NCBI GenBank assembly: GCA_051872655.1
Contig: JBJEEB010000021.1
Location: 66,535 to 130,534 of the forward strand
Length of the DNA stretch: 64,000 nt
Source of the DNA: Bacilli bacterium
Lineage (GTDB): Bacteria; Bacillota_I; Bacilli_A; RF39; UBA660
Direction of reading: 5' to 3'
Shown here: piece after piece, positions 1 through 9,889 of the stretch
Position numbering within the stretch: the stretch's first letter is position 1
Layout of the letters: every line of letters starts with the position of its first letter
Program-made: the position numbers and the translations under genes
Notes under the pieces: generated by a model
Seen by the model: the letters and a program-made list of their open reading frames with translations, nothing else
The model's database searches: none
What the model was told of the DNA's origin: nothing

Positions 1-681
1 TGTAGTTCCCATATCTAACTTAAAGAATTTATTTTCAAATATTACTGGAGTTCTATTAATTGCTTCAAGGTAGGCAAATAATAATGGTATTTGAATAAAT
101 GACAGAAGACAACTTGACATTGGATTAATCTTATTTTTTTGATAAATTACCATCATTTCTTGTGCTTTTCTCTTTTGATCTTCTTCACTTGTTTTATCTT
201 TATATTTCTTTTCTAATTTTTCTAATTGGGGTTGAACTTCTTTCATCTTCTCTGATTGCATAGCGGTTTTTCTTGTTAATGGATATAATATTAATCTTAT
301 TATTAGACAAGATATTATAATAGCAAATCCATTTGCTACTCCCTTACTTAGTCCAATCTTACCAAGTAGCACACCAATGTTTATAATTACCCATGCTAAT
401 GGTTTTACAAATATTGTAGTCCATAATCCTTCATATTTAGAAAAAGGTTTAAAATTCTCACAACTAGGTAGTTTATCAACATCAACTTTATTTTCTTTGT
501 ATAGTTCTATTACTTCTTCATTTGTCGGCCTACACAAAACGTTTTCAGTTAGTGCCTTTCCTGTTTCTTCATATTTTACAGCCTTTTTATCCTCTCCTGT
601 TAACGTTTTAGTACATCCTGTTAATATAACTAAACTTAGTATGATTAGTACTATTTTAAATGCTTTTTTTCCTTGTTTCAA
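1..681 (-). CDS. yidC: membrane protein insertase YidC/SpoIIIJ-type lipoprotein (3' end runs off the window)
   Basis: Own minus-strand translation from TTG at 681 (GGTGAT RBS at 685-690). It reads MKQGKKAFKIVLIILSLVILTGC (lipobox) ... PLTRKTAMQSEKMKEVQPQLEKLEKKY ... MMVIYQKNKINPMSSCLLSFIQIPLLFA and is open in frame to position 1. It lies downstream of rnpA, the usual arrangement. It is absent from the ORF track because there is no stop in the window. Confidence 0.85.
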   Translation of the reverse strand, partial: MKQGKKAFKIVLIILSLVILTGCTKTLTGEDKKAVKYEETGKALTENVLCRPTNEEVIELYKENKVDVDKLPSCENFKPFSKYEGLWTTIFVKPLAWVIINIGVLLGKIGLSKGVANGFAIIISCLIIRLILYPLTRKTAMQSEKMKEVQPQLEKLEKKYKDKTSEEDQKRKAQEMMVIYQKNKINPMSSCLLSFIQIPLLFAYLEAINRTPVIFENKFFKLDMGTT

Positions 682-682
682 T

Positions 683-1006
683 TTAATCACCTATACTTAA
701 TAGTTTTAACAATTCTTTTTCCATTTCTTGATATGTTAAATCTATTATGCCTTTCTTAACAATTATAACATAGTCATAGTTTTTTTGCACTATATTTTTA
801 TTATTATCAATAATGTTTTTTACCCTTCTCTTGATTTTATTTCTTATTACTGCTGTTCCTGTTTTTTTAGGAACAGTAATACCGTATTTATTTTTATCAT
901 TATTCTTACGATAATAAACACTAAAGTATTTATTTCTTTTACATTTATTAGTATTTATTATTTCGGTGTATTCTCTTGATAATTTAATTATTTCTAACTT
1001 TTTCAT
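683..1006 (-). CDS. rnpA: ribonuclease P protein component
   Basis: 107-aa basic protein with KKTGTAVIRNKIKRRVKNII, directly downstream of rpmH. Confidence 0.9.
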   Translation of the reverse strand: MKKLEIIKLSREYTEIINTNKCKRNKYFSVYYRKNNDKNKYGITVPKKTGTAVIRNKIKRRVKNIIDNNKNIVQKNYDYVIIVKKGIIDLTYQEMEKELLKLLSIGD

Positions 1007-1044
1007 ATTTATTTAGATATAAAAAAATAAAAAAGAAAACAAAA

Positions 1045-1167
1045 TTATGCACATAATTTTTTTCTTTTTTTATTTCTTCTACTTTTTAAAACATTACCTT
1101 TAATTCTAGCAAAGAAACCATGTTTTTTAGCTTTTTTTCTGTTATTAGGTTGATAAGTTCTTTTCAT
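1045..1167 (-). CDS. rpmH: 50S ribosomal protein L34
   Basis: Below the ORF-track size cutoff. Own translation is [40 protein letters not shown], with the canonical L34 MKRTYQP start. A GGAGGTG RBS lies upstream on the minus strand. Confidence 0.9.
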   Translation of the reverse strand: MKRTYQPNNRKKAKKHGFFARIKGNVLKSRRNKKRKKLCA

Positions 1168-1380
1168 TATATATAACACCTCCAAGTCAAATGCTATTTT
1201 ATTATATAGTTTTATTTTGTTTATGTCAAGAATTTTCCTAATAAAAATTATTTTTTAAAACTCTAGGCATAAGAAAATTCTGATAGTATTAGATATGAAG
1301 TAAAATAAATAAAAAAAACCACTTCCTTTTTTTGATATTTTTTGATACAATTATATTTGAGGAAAATAGGGTGACATTAT

Positions 1381-2193
1381 ATGGGAAAGATTATTGCAAT
1401 AGTTAACCAAAAGGGTGGCGTTGGAAAGACTACTACTAGTATTAATTTAGCTGCTTCTTTGGGTGTTTTAAATAAAAAAGTATTACTTGTTGATTTAGAT
1501 CCGCAAGGAAATGCTACTACTGGAGTTGGTATAAATAAAGGTGATATTTCTAGTAGTATTTATGAAGTTCTAACTATGAAAAAATCAATATTTGATTCTA
1601 TTATTAAAACAAAAAGTAAAAATCTATCTCTACTTCCAGCTTATCTTAATTTAGCGGGTGTAGATATGGAACTTATTGAATTAGAAAGAAAAGCTAAAGA
1701 AACAGGAACAAGTTTTAATAGGGTAACAAGACTCAAAGATGAACTATCAAAAGTAAAAAATAATTATGATTTTATATTTATTGATTGTCCTCCATCTCTT
1801 GGTATTCTTACTACTAATGCACTAGCTGCTGCTGATTCAGTTTTAATTCCAGTACAATGTGAATATTTTGCCCTTGAAGGAATTATGCAGCTTATAAATA
1901 CTATAATGCTTGCACAGAGAAAAGTTAATCCTAACTTGGATATTGAGGGAGTACTTCTTACAATGTTTTCTAACACTAACCTAGGAATAGAAGTTATTGA
2001 AAGTATAAAAGGATTTTTTAAAGAAAGAGTTTATGATACAATTATTCCAAGACTAGTAAGGCTAGCAGAGGCTCCTAGTCATGGTAAACCAATACTTGAA
2101 TATGAACCAAGAAATAAAGGTACTATAGCATATCTAAATTTAGCTAAGGAGGTTATAGATAGAAATGGAACAAAAGAAGAAAGCATTGGGTAG
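1381..2193 (+). CDS. parA: chromosome partitioning ATPase ParA/Soj
   Basis: Deviant Walker A NQKGGVGKTTT, DLDPQGN, and FIDCPPSLG. Confidence 0.93.
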   Translation: MGKIIAIVNQKGGVGKTTTSINLAASLGVLNKKVLLVDLDPQGNATTGVGINKGDISSSIYEVLTMKKSIFDSIIKTKSKNLSLLPAYLNLAGVDMELIELERKAKETGTSFNRVTRLKDELSKVKNNYDFIFIDCPPSLGILTTNALAAADSVLIPVQCEYFALEGIMQLINTIMLAQRKVNPNLDIEGVLLTMFSNTNLGIEVIESIKGFFKERVYDTIIPRLVRLAEAPSHGKPILEYEPRNKGTIAYLNLAKEVIDRNGTKEESIG

Positions 2194-3043
2194 GGGGCTT
2201 GAAGAACTTTTTTCAACAGAAGTTCTTGATTTTGATACTTTTGAAAGTAATATAATGGAAAATGCTAAATCTAATGAGATTCAAGATATCCCTGTTAATG
2301 AAATTAGACCAAATCCATATCAACCAAGAAAAACCTTTAATGAGGATGCACTTAGAGAATTATCTGAATCTATTAAGAATCATGGTGTATTTCAGCCTAT
2401 TATTGTTAAAAAGGGAATTAGAGGTTATGATTTAATTGCCGGTGAGCGAAGACTTAGAGCTAGTAAAATGGCAGGATTAGATAAAATACCCGCTATTGTA
2501 AAAGATTTTTCTGATGATGAAATGAGAGAAATTGCCCTTTTAGAAAATATTCAAAGAGAAAATCTTACTGCTATTGAACTTGCTTGGGCATATAAAGGAA
2601 TTATTGACAATTTGGATATAAGGCAAGAAGATCTTGCTTTGAAAATTGGTAAAAGTAGAAGTCATATAACTAATACTTTAGGATTACTTAATTTACCTGA
2701 AGAAGTTCAAAAAATGATTTTAAATGGTGAACTTTCTATGGGTCATGCTAGAGTTTTGTCTAAAATGGAAGATGAAAGTAAAATTACTGATTTGGCTAAA
2801 AAAATTATTAATGAGGGACTTAGTGTTCATGAAATAGAAAATATTAGTAAAAATGAAGAGATTAAAAAAAGAGTACCTATTACTAGAAGAAATAAAGATA
2901 CTGATTATACTAATATTGAAAATGAGCTTAGAGATATCCTTGGTACTAAAGTTAAAGTAGATAATAAAAAGATTAACATTTATTTTGAAAATGTTAATGA
3001 TTTAAATAGAATTTTAGAAATTATGAATATTGAAATAAAGTAG
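2165..3043 (+). CDS. parB: chromosome partitioning protein ParB/Spo0J
   Basis: N-terminal KKKALGRGLEELF, plus NPYQPRK and LIAGERRLRASKMAG ParB-box motifs. It overlaps the end of parA. Confidence 0.93.
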   Translation: MEQKKKALGRGLEELFSTEVLDFDTFESNIMENAKSNEIQDIPVNEIRPNPYQPRKTFNEDALRELSESIKNHGVFQPIIVKKGIRGYDLIAGERRLRASKMAGLDKIPAIVKDFSDDEMREIALLENIQRENLTAIELAWAYKGIIDNLDIRQEDLALKIGKSRSHITNTLGLLNLPEEVQKMILNGELSMGHARVLSKMEDESKITDLAKKIINEGLSVHEIENISKNEEIKKRVPITRRNKDTDYTNIENELRDILGTKVKVDNKKINIYFENVNDLNRILEIMNIEIK

Positions 3044-3060
3044 AGAAATCTACTTTTTTA
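3038..3060 (+). terminator. intrinsic terminator after parB
   Basis: Stem AGTAGA/TCTACT with a GAAA loop, followed by a T-run. Confidence 0.6.
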
Positions 3061-3219
3061 TTTTTGGTTACTTCTAGTTAACTAGCTTGTTGTTCGAAAT
3101 AACTTTTTATTAAAATTCATTTTTTATATGTTATAGTCACTTATAAATGATATGATTATCTTGCTTGCAGTAAGTTCAACTTGGAAGAATTTTTATCGAA
3201 TTTTGTCTTACTAAATTGT

Positions 3220-3249
3220 TTGCAAAATCACTCGGCAGTATATTATAAT
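3220..3249 (+). promoter_or_regulatory. sigma-A-like promoter for the cold-shock gene
   Basis: TTGCAA (3220-3225), an 18-nt spacer, then TATAAT (3244-3249), about 40 nt upstream of the GTG start. Confidence 0.45.
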
Positions 3250-3286
3250 ATTCTTGTAAGAAAGAACAGAAAGGTAAGGTGGTATT

Positions 3287-3499
3287 GTGCAAGGAAGAGT
3301 TAAGTGGTTCAACAACGATAAAGGTTATGGATTTATTGATTATCCAAATAGTGAAGATATTTTTGTTCATTATTCCGCAATTAAACAAGATGGTTACAAG
3401 ACATTATCTGAGGGACAATTAGTTGAATTTGATCTTATCGAAACTGCTAAAGGATTACAGGCAATAAATGTTTTAGCAGTTACTAATGTTAAGGCATAA
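3287..3499 (+). CDS. cold-shock protein, CspA family
   Basis: GTG start after AAGGTGG. RNP motifs present: [16 protein letters not shown] and DIFVHYSAI. Confidence 0.92.
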   Translation: MQGRVKWFNNDKGYGFIDYPNSEDIFVHYSAIKQDGYKTLSEGQLVEFDLIETAKGLQAINVLAVTNVKA

Positions 3500-3566
3500 A
3501 TTTTATATATAAGACAGCTTAGAAGTACTTAATGGCTATCTTATTTTTTTATATTGTGAGGTATCT

Positions 3567-4229
3567 ATGAAATATTTAAAAAATCTTATTTTATCTTTTA
3601 AAGAAATCTTTTTACTATTTATTTTACAGTATGCTATTCTTACCTTTTGTTTATTTATTTTTGGTATGGATAAATCTATTATAATTGGTAGTATATTTAT
3701 CTGTATCATAGAAATTATATATGTTATTTTTAAGTATAAAGGAAAAAAAATCAAAGTAGAGCAATATAATCTTTTTCCTTATATATTACTAGGTATTGGT
3801 ATTACTACTACTTATAATATGATTTTATTTGCAATGAATTTGGGTAATGAAGTGAATACTAACATTAATATTGTTTTTAATATTATATGTTCTGGAATAG
3901 TTGGTCCTATATTTGAAGAAACTTTATTTAGATATAGTTTTATTAATTATTTAAAGAAATTTAATAATACTAAAATGTCTATTATTATTTCTTCAATAGT
4001 TTTTGCTATTTGTCATACTGGTATAACTACTATTATATATGCTTTTATTATTGGTCTTGTTAATTCTTATTTATATATTAAAAAGAAAAATATTTTAGTA
4101 CCTATTGTTATTCATATGTCTGCAAATATATTTGTTAATGTATTAAATATTTTTAATCCTTATATTTTAATAATTGGAATATTTTTAATTGTACTTAGTG
4201 TAACTATTATTAGAGAAGGTAAAGATTAA
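3567..4229 (+). CDS. CPBP family intramembrane glutamic endopeptidase (CAAX/Abi-like)
   Basis: Polytopic membrane protein with the EETLFRY, FAICH and HMSAN motifs. Confidence 0.8.
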   Translation: MKYLKNLILSFKEIFLLFILQYAILTFCLFIFGMDKSIIIGSIFICIIEIIYVIFKYKGKKIKVEQYNLFPYILLGIGITTTYNMILFAMNLGNEVNTNINIVFNIICSGIVGPIFEETLFRYSFINYLKKFNNTKMSIIISSIVFAICHTGITTIIYAFIIGLVNSYLYIKKKNILVPIVIHMSANIFVNVLNIFNPYILIIGIFLIVLSVTIIREGKD

Positions 4230-4412
4230 TTTATTATGTATATCATATTATCAGTTTACTTTAAACTTCATTATTTTAAATGGAGTTTTTTAATCTTATG
4301 TGATTAATTTTTTATCATTTATTATGTTAGAATTGTCTTATAAAAGATAATTATTTTTTCTTTACTTTTATGGCTTTTTATTATACAATATTGGTAAGGA
4401 AGGATTGGTTTT

Positions 4413-5699
4413 ATGGATAAGTATAATTTAATGCCTGCGGATACTTATGTGGTAGTAAATAAAACTATTCTTCATAATGAGGATAGAAAGATTATAACAA
4501 GTTTATATCTTCCTATTATTGGTACTGATGCTGTTATGTTATACTTTACTTTATGGTCTGATTTAGATAATGCAGAAATTATAAGTAGTGAATATTCACA
4601 TCAGAAATTAGTATCTTCTCTTAGAATAACAATTAATGAATTAAAGACAGCTTTTGATAAACTTGAAGCTATTGGTCTTATTAAAGCTTTTATTAAAGAA
4701 GGTAATGTTAATAATTATATATATGAAATATTTAGTCCTGTTAGCGCGAGTGAGTTTTTATCTCATCCAATACTTAATATTACTCTATATAGTAATGTTG
4801 GTAAAAGAGAATATGATAATTTGGTTAAATCATTTAAAATACCAAGATTAAATACTTCTAATTATAAGGAAATTACTAAATGTTTTAATGATGTCTTTGA
4901 AAGTACTAGTATGACTTCATATGATTTATCTCTTGAGGATATTAGAAAATATAATAAGCTTAAACTTAATATTAATAGCAATTTTGATTTTAATTTTCTT
5001 ATTAGTTCGATGCCTAAGAATATTGATACTAATAGAATGTTTACCAAAGATATAAAAGAACTTATCATTAATCTTTCATTTATATATGATATAGATGCAA
5101 TTAAGATGTCTAATATTATTAAGGTATCTTTAAATGATAATGGTACTATTAATCGTGAGAATTTAAGAAAAAATGCGAGAAATTATTATCAATTTGATAA
5201 TGGTGGTCTACTTCCTACTATTGTAGATAATAGTCAACCAGAATATTTAAGAAAACCTATTGGTGATACATCTAAAAGAGCTAAAATGATTTATACATTT
5301 GAAACTATATCTCCAAGAGAACTTCTTATTAGCAAGAATAATGGAAATGAGCCTACGAGAAGAGATCTTAAATTAATTGAGGATTTGCTTATTGACTACA
5401 AATTGAAGCCTGGAGTAGTTAATGTTCTTTTAGACTATGCAATTAATGTTAATAATAAAAAACTTACTAGAGGTTTTGTAGAGACCATCGCAGGAGAATG
5501 GCAGAGAAAAGGTATTGAAACTGTTGAAGATGCTATGAATACTTGTGAAAAAGTACATAAGAAAAATTCTAAAAAAATTGATAGAGAAGATAATAGAAAT
5601 AGTAGAACTCCTGATTGGTTTGATAAGGAAATTAATAAAAATAATGTTTCTGATGATGAAAAAAATCAATTAGAAGAATTATTAAAGGAGTATAAATAA
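4413..5699 (+). CDS. dnaB: replication initiation/membrane attachment protein (Bacillus DnaB-type, DnaD-domain family)
   Basis: 428 aa, the size of Bacillus DnaB. Its stop overlaps the dnaI start (TAATG), matching the dnaB-dnaI operon of Bacillota. The C-terminal DnaD-like region reads LTRGFVETIAGEWQRKGIETVEDA. Confidence 0.7.
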   Translation: MDKYNLMPADTYVVVNKTILHNEDRKIITSLYLPIIGTDAVMLYFTLWSDLDNAEIISSEYSHQKLVSSLRITINELKTAFDKLEAIGLIKAFIKEGNVNNYIYEIFSPVSASEFLSHPILNITLYSNVGKREYDNLVKSFKIPRLNTSNYKEITKCFNDVFESTSMTSYDLSLEDIRKYNKLKLNINSNFDFNFLISSMPKNIDTNRMFTKDIKELIINLSFIYDIDAIKMSNIIKVSLNDNGTINRENLRKNARNYYQFDNGGLLPTIVDNSQPEYLRKPIGDTSKRAKMIYTFETISPRELLISKNNGNEPTRRDLKLIEDLLIDYKLKPGVVNVLLDYAINVNNKKLTRGFVETIAGEWQRKGIETVEDAMNTCEKVHKKNSKKIDREDNRNSRTPDWFDKEINKNNVSDDEKNQLEELLKEYK

Positions 5700-6610
5700 T
5701 GAAGAAAATAAATGATGTTATCAAAGATAATTTTAAGTTTAATAATATTGATTTAGAAAGAAACTTTGATAAAGAAATAGAAGATGATACTTTTAAAAAA
5801 ATCGTCAGTAAGATTAAACTTCCTAAAGATGAACTTGTTAAATATACTTCTCTAATTAAAGATTCTGCTTTAGAACTTAAAAACTGTGCTAATTGTAAAA
5901 ATATTATGGAATGTAAGAACTCAGTTATGGGATATGTTTATTATCCTAGTGCAGAAGAAAATAATTTAGTATTCTCTTATGTTCCTTGTAAATATAAGAA
6001 AAAACTTGATAAAGATACTGAATACCAGAATAATATTATTTTGTTTGATATGCCTAGAGGAATTCTTGATGCTTCAATGAAAAATATTTATACTGATGAT
6101 AAGAATAGATTAGAAGCAATTAAGTGGCTTACTACATTTATTAAAAAATATGAAAATAATGAAAAATGTAAAGGGTTATATTTAGCAGGTAATTTTGGAT
6201 GTGGTAAAACTTATTTAGTTAGTGCAATGTTTAATGAACTTGCTAAAAAAGGAGTAAAATCAGTAATTGTTTATTATCCTGAATTTTTAAGAGAATTAAA
6301 AGGTAGGTTTAGTGATGATTACAATGAAATATTTAATAAGGTAAGAAGAGCTCCTTTACTTCTTTTAGATGATATTGGAGCAGAAACTGTTACTAATTGG
6401 AATAGAGATGAAATTCTTGGTAGTCTTCTTCAATATAGAATGCAAGAAGGATTACCAACATTCTTTACTTCAAATAATACTATTAAAGAACTCGAAGAAC
6501 ATTTAATTGGAAATGATAATGAAGGTAAAGTTAAATCAAGAAGAATAATTGAGAGAATAAAATATTTAACTGATGAAATAATAATGATAGCGGAAAATAG
6601 AAGAAAGTGA
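5699..6610 (+). CDS. dnaI: primosomal helicase loader DnaI
   Basis: N-terminal Cys cluster (CANCKN..C..PC), Walker A GNFGCGKTYL, and Walker B LLLDDIGAE. Confidence 0.88.
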   Translation: MKKINDVIKDNFKFNNIDLERNFDKEIEDDTFKKIVSKIKLPKDELVKYTSLIKDSALELKNCANCKNIMECKNSVMGYVYYPSAEENNLVFSYVPCKYKKKLDKDTEYQNNIILFDMPRGILDASMKNIYTDDKNRLEAIKWLTTFIKKYENNEKCKGLYLAGNFGCGKTYLVSAMFNELAKKGVKSVIVYYPEFLRELKGRFSDDYNEIFNKVRRAPLLLLDDIGAETVTNWNRDEILGSLLQYRMQEGLPTFFTSNNTIKELEEHLIGNDNEGKVKSRRIIERIKYLTDEIIMIAENRRK

Positions 6611-6618
6611 GGACTAGT

Positions 6619-6942
6619 ATGGAAAATGGTAATTATGGATTTAAATTTGATCCAAATAAGGTTGAAAAAAGCTTTGATAATGGTAGTAAGTTAAGCATAG
6701 AAAGTGATGGTGGAGACCTTAATATGTCTCCAGACAAGAACTATGTTACTGCAAATAATCCTAATAAGAAAGCTAGTACTAAGAAACTAGTTAAAGTATT
6801 AAATAAACCAGTTACTACTAATGATAGGCTAGGTCCTGATGTGGTTAGTCCTGGTAATAAGGGATTTGCTAGTGTTATAGGACTTGCCGCTATTATAGCG
6901 GTAGCTGGATTAATTATTGCTTTTATAGCGCTTAAATATTAA
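6619..6942 (+). CDS. hypothetical C-tail-anchored small protein
   Basis: ATG at 6619 after GTGAGG (the track uses GTG at 6607). The body is hydrophilic and ends in a single C-terminal TM, GLAAIIAVAGLIIAFIAL. Confidence 0.5.
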   Translation: MENGNYGFKFDPNKVEKSFDNGSKLSIESDGGDLNMSPDKNYVTANNPNKKASTKKLVKVLNKPVTTNDRLGPDVVSPGNKGFASVIGLAAIIAVAGLIIAFIALKY

Positions 6943-6963
6943 TTATAATTGGGAGGGATAGTC

Positions 6964-9879
6964 ATGCTTTGTGCTTTAGATGTTAAAACTAGTTATTCTA
7001 TTTTAAGCAGTTTAGTTAGGACAGATAAATTAACAGAAAAGGCCAAAGAGCTTGGCTATTTTTCTTTAGCTATAACTGATTCTAATAATATGTTTGGCAC
7101 TTATGAGTTTTATTTATCATGTAAAAAGAATGATATTAAACCTATTATTGGTATTAAAATAGAAAATAATAGTGATAAATTTATATTACTAGCTAAGAAT
7201 AACGATGGTTATAAAAATTTAATCAAAATTGCCACTATTATATCTGAAGGTATTATTGATAATGATACTTTAGTTAAGTATTCTAATAATTTAATATTAA
7301 TTATGCCTTGGAATAGTTATAACGAAGATATTGTATCTATATATGATGATTATTTTGTTGGCTACTCAAATATAGAAGAAAAAAATAATATTAAAGAAAA
7401 AGCAGTATTTATAAATGATGTTAGTTATTTAGAAAAAAATGATTATAAATATTTAGATTATCTTATTATGATTAGGGAAGATAAAAAACTAGGGGAGTTT
7501 GAACTTAATACTTTTAAAGATAAGTATTTACTTAATAATGATGAATTTAATCTTATTACTGATAGTGAAGTAAGAGATAATATGAATTATATAGTCGATT
7601 CTTGTAATGTTACTTTAGAGTATACTCCTGGATTACTTCCTATATATGATGAAAGTATTAATGCTAGTGAATTTCTTAGAAATCTTTCTTACAAGGGTAT
7701 TAAAAGAAGACTTAATGATAATGTTAGTCCTGAATATACCCAAAGATTAGACTATGAACTTGATATTATTGATAAAATGGGATTTAGTGATTACTTTTTA
7801 GTAGTATGGGATTATGTTAAATATGCTAAATTTAATAATATTTTAGTGGGACCTGGTAGAGGTAGTGCTGCTGGTAGTCTTGTATCTTATGCTATTGGTA
7901 TTACTGATATTGATCCTATAAAATATGATTTGTTGTTTGAGAGATTTTTAAATCCTGAAAGAGTTACTATGCCTGATATTGATGTTGATTTTGATAGTGA
8001 GAAGAGAATCCTGGTTACTGATTATGTTATTAATAGATATGGTGAAAAACATGCTATTGGAATTATTACTTTTAATACTTTTGGTGCTAAACAAGTAATT
8101 AGAGATTTAGCTAGATGTATGAGTATAAGTCTTCCTATTACTGATGATATATGTAAATCTATTACTAGTAAAGATTTAACTGGTTCTTATATAGAGGGCA
8201 GTAAATTTTATAGATTAATTAACTCTAAGAGAGAATTTAAAATGTTATACGAAATAGGAAAGCATTTAGAGGGACTTCCTAGACACATATCTATTCATGC
8301 TGCTGGTATTGTAATGAGTAGAAAACCTATAGATGAAATTATTCCTTTATATAAAAATTCTATTGGTATATATACCACAGCTTATTCAAAAGATTATTTA
8401 GAACCATTAGGTTTATTAAAAATGGATTTCTTGGGTATTGATAATTTAACTTTAATTAGTAATGTTATTGAAGAAATTAGAGAAAAAGAAAAAATTAATA
8501 TTACTTTTGAAAGAATACCTGATAATGATAAAAAAGCTCTAGATATATTTTATAATGTTGATACTGATGGTATATTTCAATTTGAATCACCTGGTATGAA
8601 AAGATTCTTAGAAAAATTAAAAGTTACTTCTTTTGATGATATAGTGCTTGCTCTTGCTTTATATAGACCTGGTCCTATGGATAATATAGATACTTTTATT
8701 AGAAGAAGAAATGGTAGTGAAAATATTACTTATATTCATCCTGATTTAGAACCTATTTTAAATAGTACCTATGGTATTATTGTATATCAAGAGCAGATTA
8801 TGCAAATAGTTAGACTAATGGCAGGTTATTCTTTTGGAGAAGCTGATATTTTAAGAAGAGCTATGTCTAAGAAAAAAGAAGATATTATATTAAAAGAAAA
8901 GCCTAAATTTATAAATGGATGTTTAGATAATGGATATGATGAAAAGACCGCTAATGAGGTATATGATTTAATACTTAAATTTGCTAATTATGGATTTAAT
9001 AAATCACATTCTGTTGCTTATGCTCTTACATCTTATAGAATGGCCTTTATTAAAGCTTATTTTCTTAAATATTTTGTCAGTGCTATTCTTACTAATTCTA
9101 TTGGTAATGATACTAAAACTGATACTTATATTAATAGAGCAAGAAAAGCTGGTATTAAGATATTGCCTCCTGATATTAATTTGAGTACTAATAAATATTA
9201 TGTTGATGGAAATAGTATTAGATGTCCTTTATCAGTTATAAAGAATGTTGGTACAGTAAGTAGCAATGATATAATTAAAGAAAGAGATAATGGTTTATTT
9301 ACTGATTTTAGTGATTTTGTACTTAGAATGAGTAATACTTCTATTAATAAGAGAGTTATTACTAATTTGATTAATGCTGGAGCTATAAACTTAGGATTTA
9401 ATAGAAGAACCCTATTAGAAAACTTAGATAGTGTTTTAAACTATGCTGAAATAGCTAAAGATTCTGGAATGATCGAAGTTGAAAAGCCATTTATTGAAGA
9501 ATATGAAGAGTACTCAAAAAAAGAAATTATGGAAAATGAACTTAAAACTATTGGTTTTTATTTAACTGAACATCCAACTGCTAAATACAGAGAAAATAAT
9601 AGTATTAGTTCTCTTAATATTAACAATTATTTTGATAAAAATATTAATATAGTAATTCTAATTAAAAAACTAAGAGAAACTACTACAAAGAATAATGATG
9701 TTATGGCTTTTATTACTGGTGAAGATGAGTATGGTGAAATAGCTTTAACAATATTTCCTACTATATATAAAAAATTTAATAGTATTAGTGAAGGTAATAT
9801 TATTAAAGTATTTGGAAGAGTAGAAAGAAGATTTGATAAATATCAAGTTATTGTTAATGAAATTAAAATATTAGAATAG
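6964..9879 (+). CDS. dnaE: DNA polymerase III alpha subunit, DnaE type
   Basis: ATG at 6964 follows the GGGAGGG RBS. Motifs PGRGSAAGSLVSYAIGITDIDP, MPDIDVDF, RHISIHAAG, and NKSHSVAYA. Confidence 0.93.
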   Translation: MLCALDVKTSYSILSSLVRTDKLTEKAKELGYFSLAITDSNNMFGTYEFYLSCKKNDIKPIIGIKIENNSDKFILLAKNNDGYKNLIKIATIISEGIIDNDTLVKYSNNLILIMPWNSYNEDIVSIYDDYFVGYSNIEEKNNIKEKAVFINDVSYLEKNDYKYLDYLIMIREDKKLGEFELNTFKDKYLLNNDEFNLITDSEVRDNMNYIVDSCNVTLEYTPGLLPIYDESINASEFLRNLSYKGIKRRLNDNVSPEYTQRLDYELDIIDKMGFSDYFLVVWDYVKYAKFNNILVGPGRGSAAGSLVSYAIGITDIDPIKYDLLFERFLNPERVTMPDIDVDFDSEKRILVTDYVINRYGEKHAIGIITFNTFGAKQVIRDLARCMSISLPITDDICKSITSKDLTGSYIEGSKFYRLINSKREFKMLYEIGKHLEGLPRHISIHAAGIVMSRKPIDEIIPLYKNSIGIYTTAYSKDYLEPLGLLKMDFLGIDNLTLISNVIEEIREKEKINITFERIPDNDKKALDIFYNVDTDGIFQFESPGMKRFLEKLKVTSFDDIVLALALYRPGPMDNIDTFIRRRNGSENITYIHPDLEPILNSTYGIIVYQEQIMQIVRLMAGYSFGEADILRRAMSKKKEDIILKEKPKFINGCLDNGYDEKTANEVYDLILKFANYGFNKSHSVAYALTSYRMAFIKAYFLKYFVSAILTNSIGNDTKTDTYINRARKAGIKILPPDINLSTNKYYVDGNSIRCPLSVIKNVGTVSSNDIIKERDNGLFTDFSDFVLRMSNTSINKRVITNLINAGAINLGFNRRTLLENLDSVLNYAEIAKDSGMIEVEKPFIEEYEEYSKKEIMENELKTIGFYLTEHPTAKYRENNSISSLNINNYFDKNINIVILIKKLRETTTKNNDVMAFITGEDEYGEIALTIFPTIYKKFNSISEGNIIKVFGRVERRFDKYQVIVNEIKILE

Positions 9880-9889
9880 GAGGTTATTT

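Noticed and set aside
377-979. Plus-strand ORFs 377..700 and 785..979 from the track.
   Set aside because: They lie antisense inside yidC and rnpA. Their sequence is low-complexity and hydrophobic, as expected from AT-rich antisense frames. They have no RBS.
2165-3043. A canonical parS site (TGTTNCACGTGAAACA) in or near parB.
   Set aside because: I found no CACGTG core anywhere in the window while reading. A proper pattern scan allowing mismatches is still needed.
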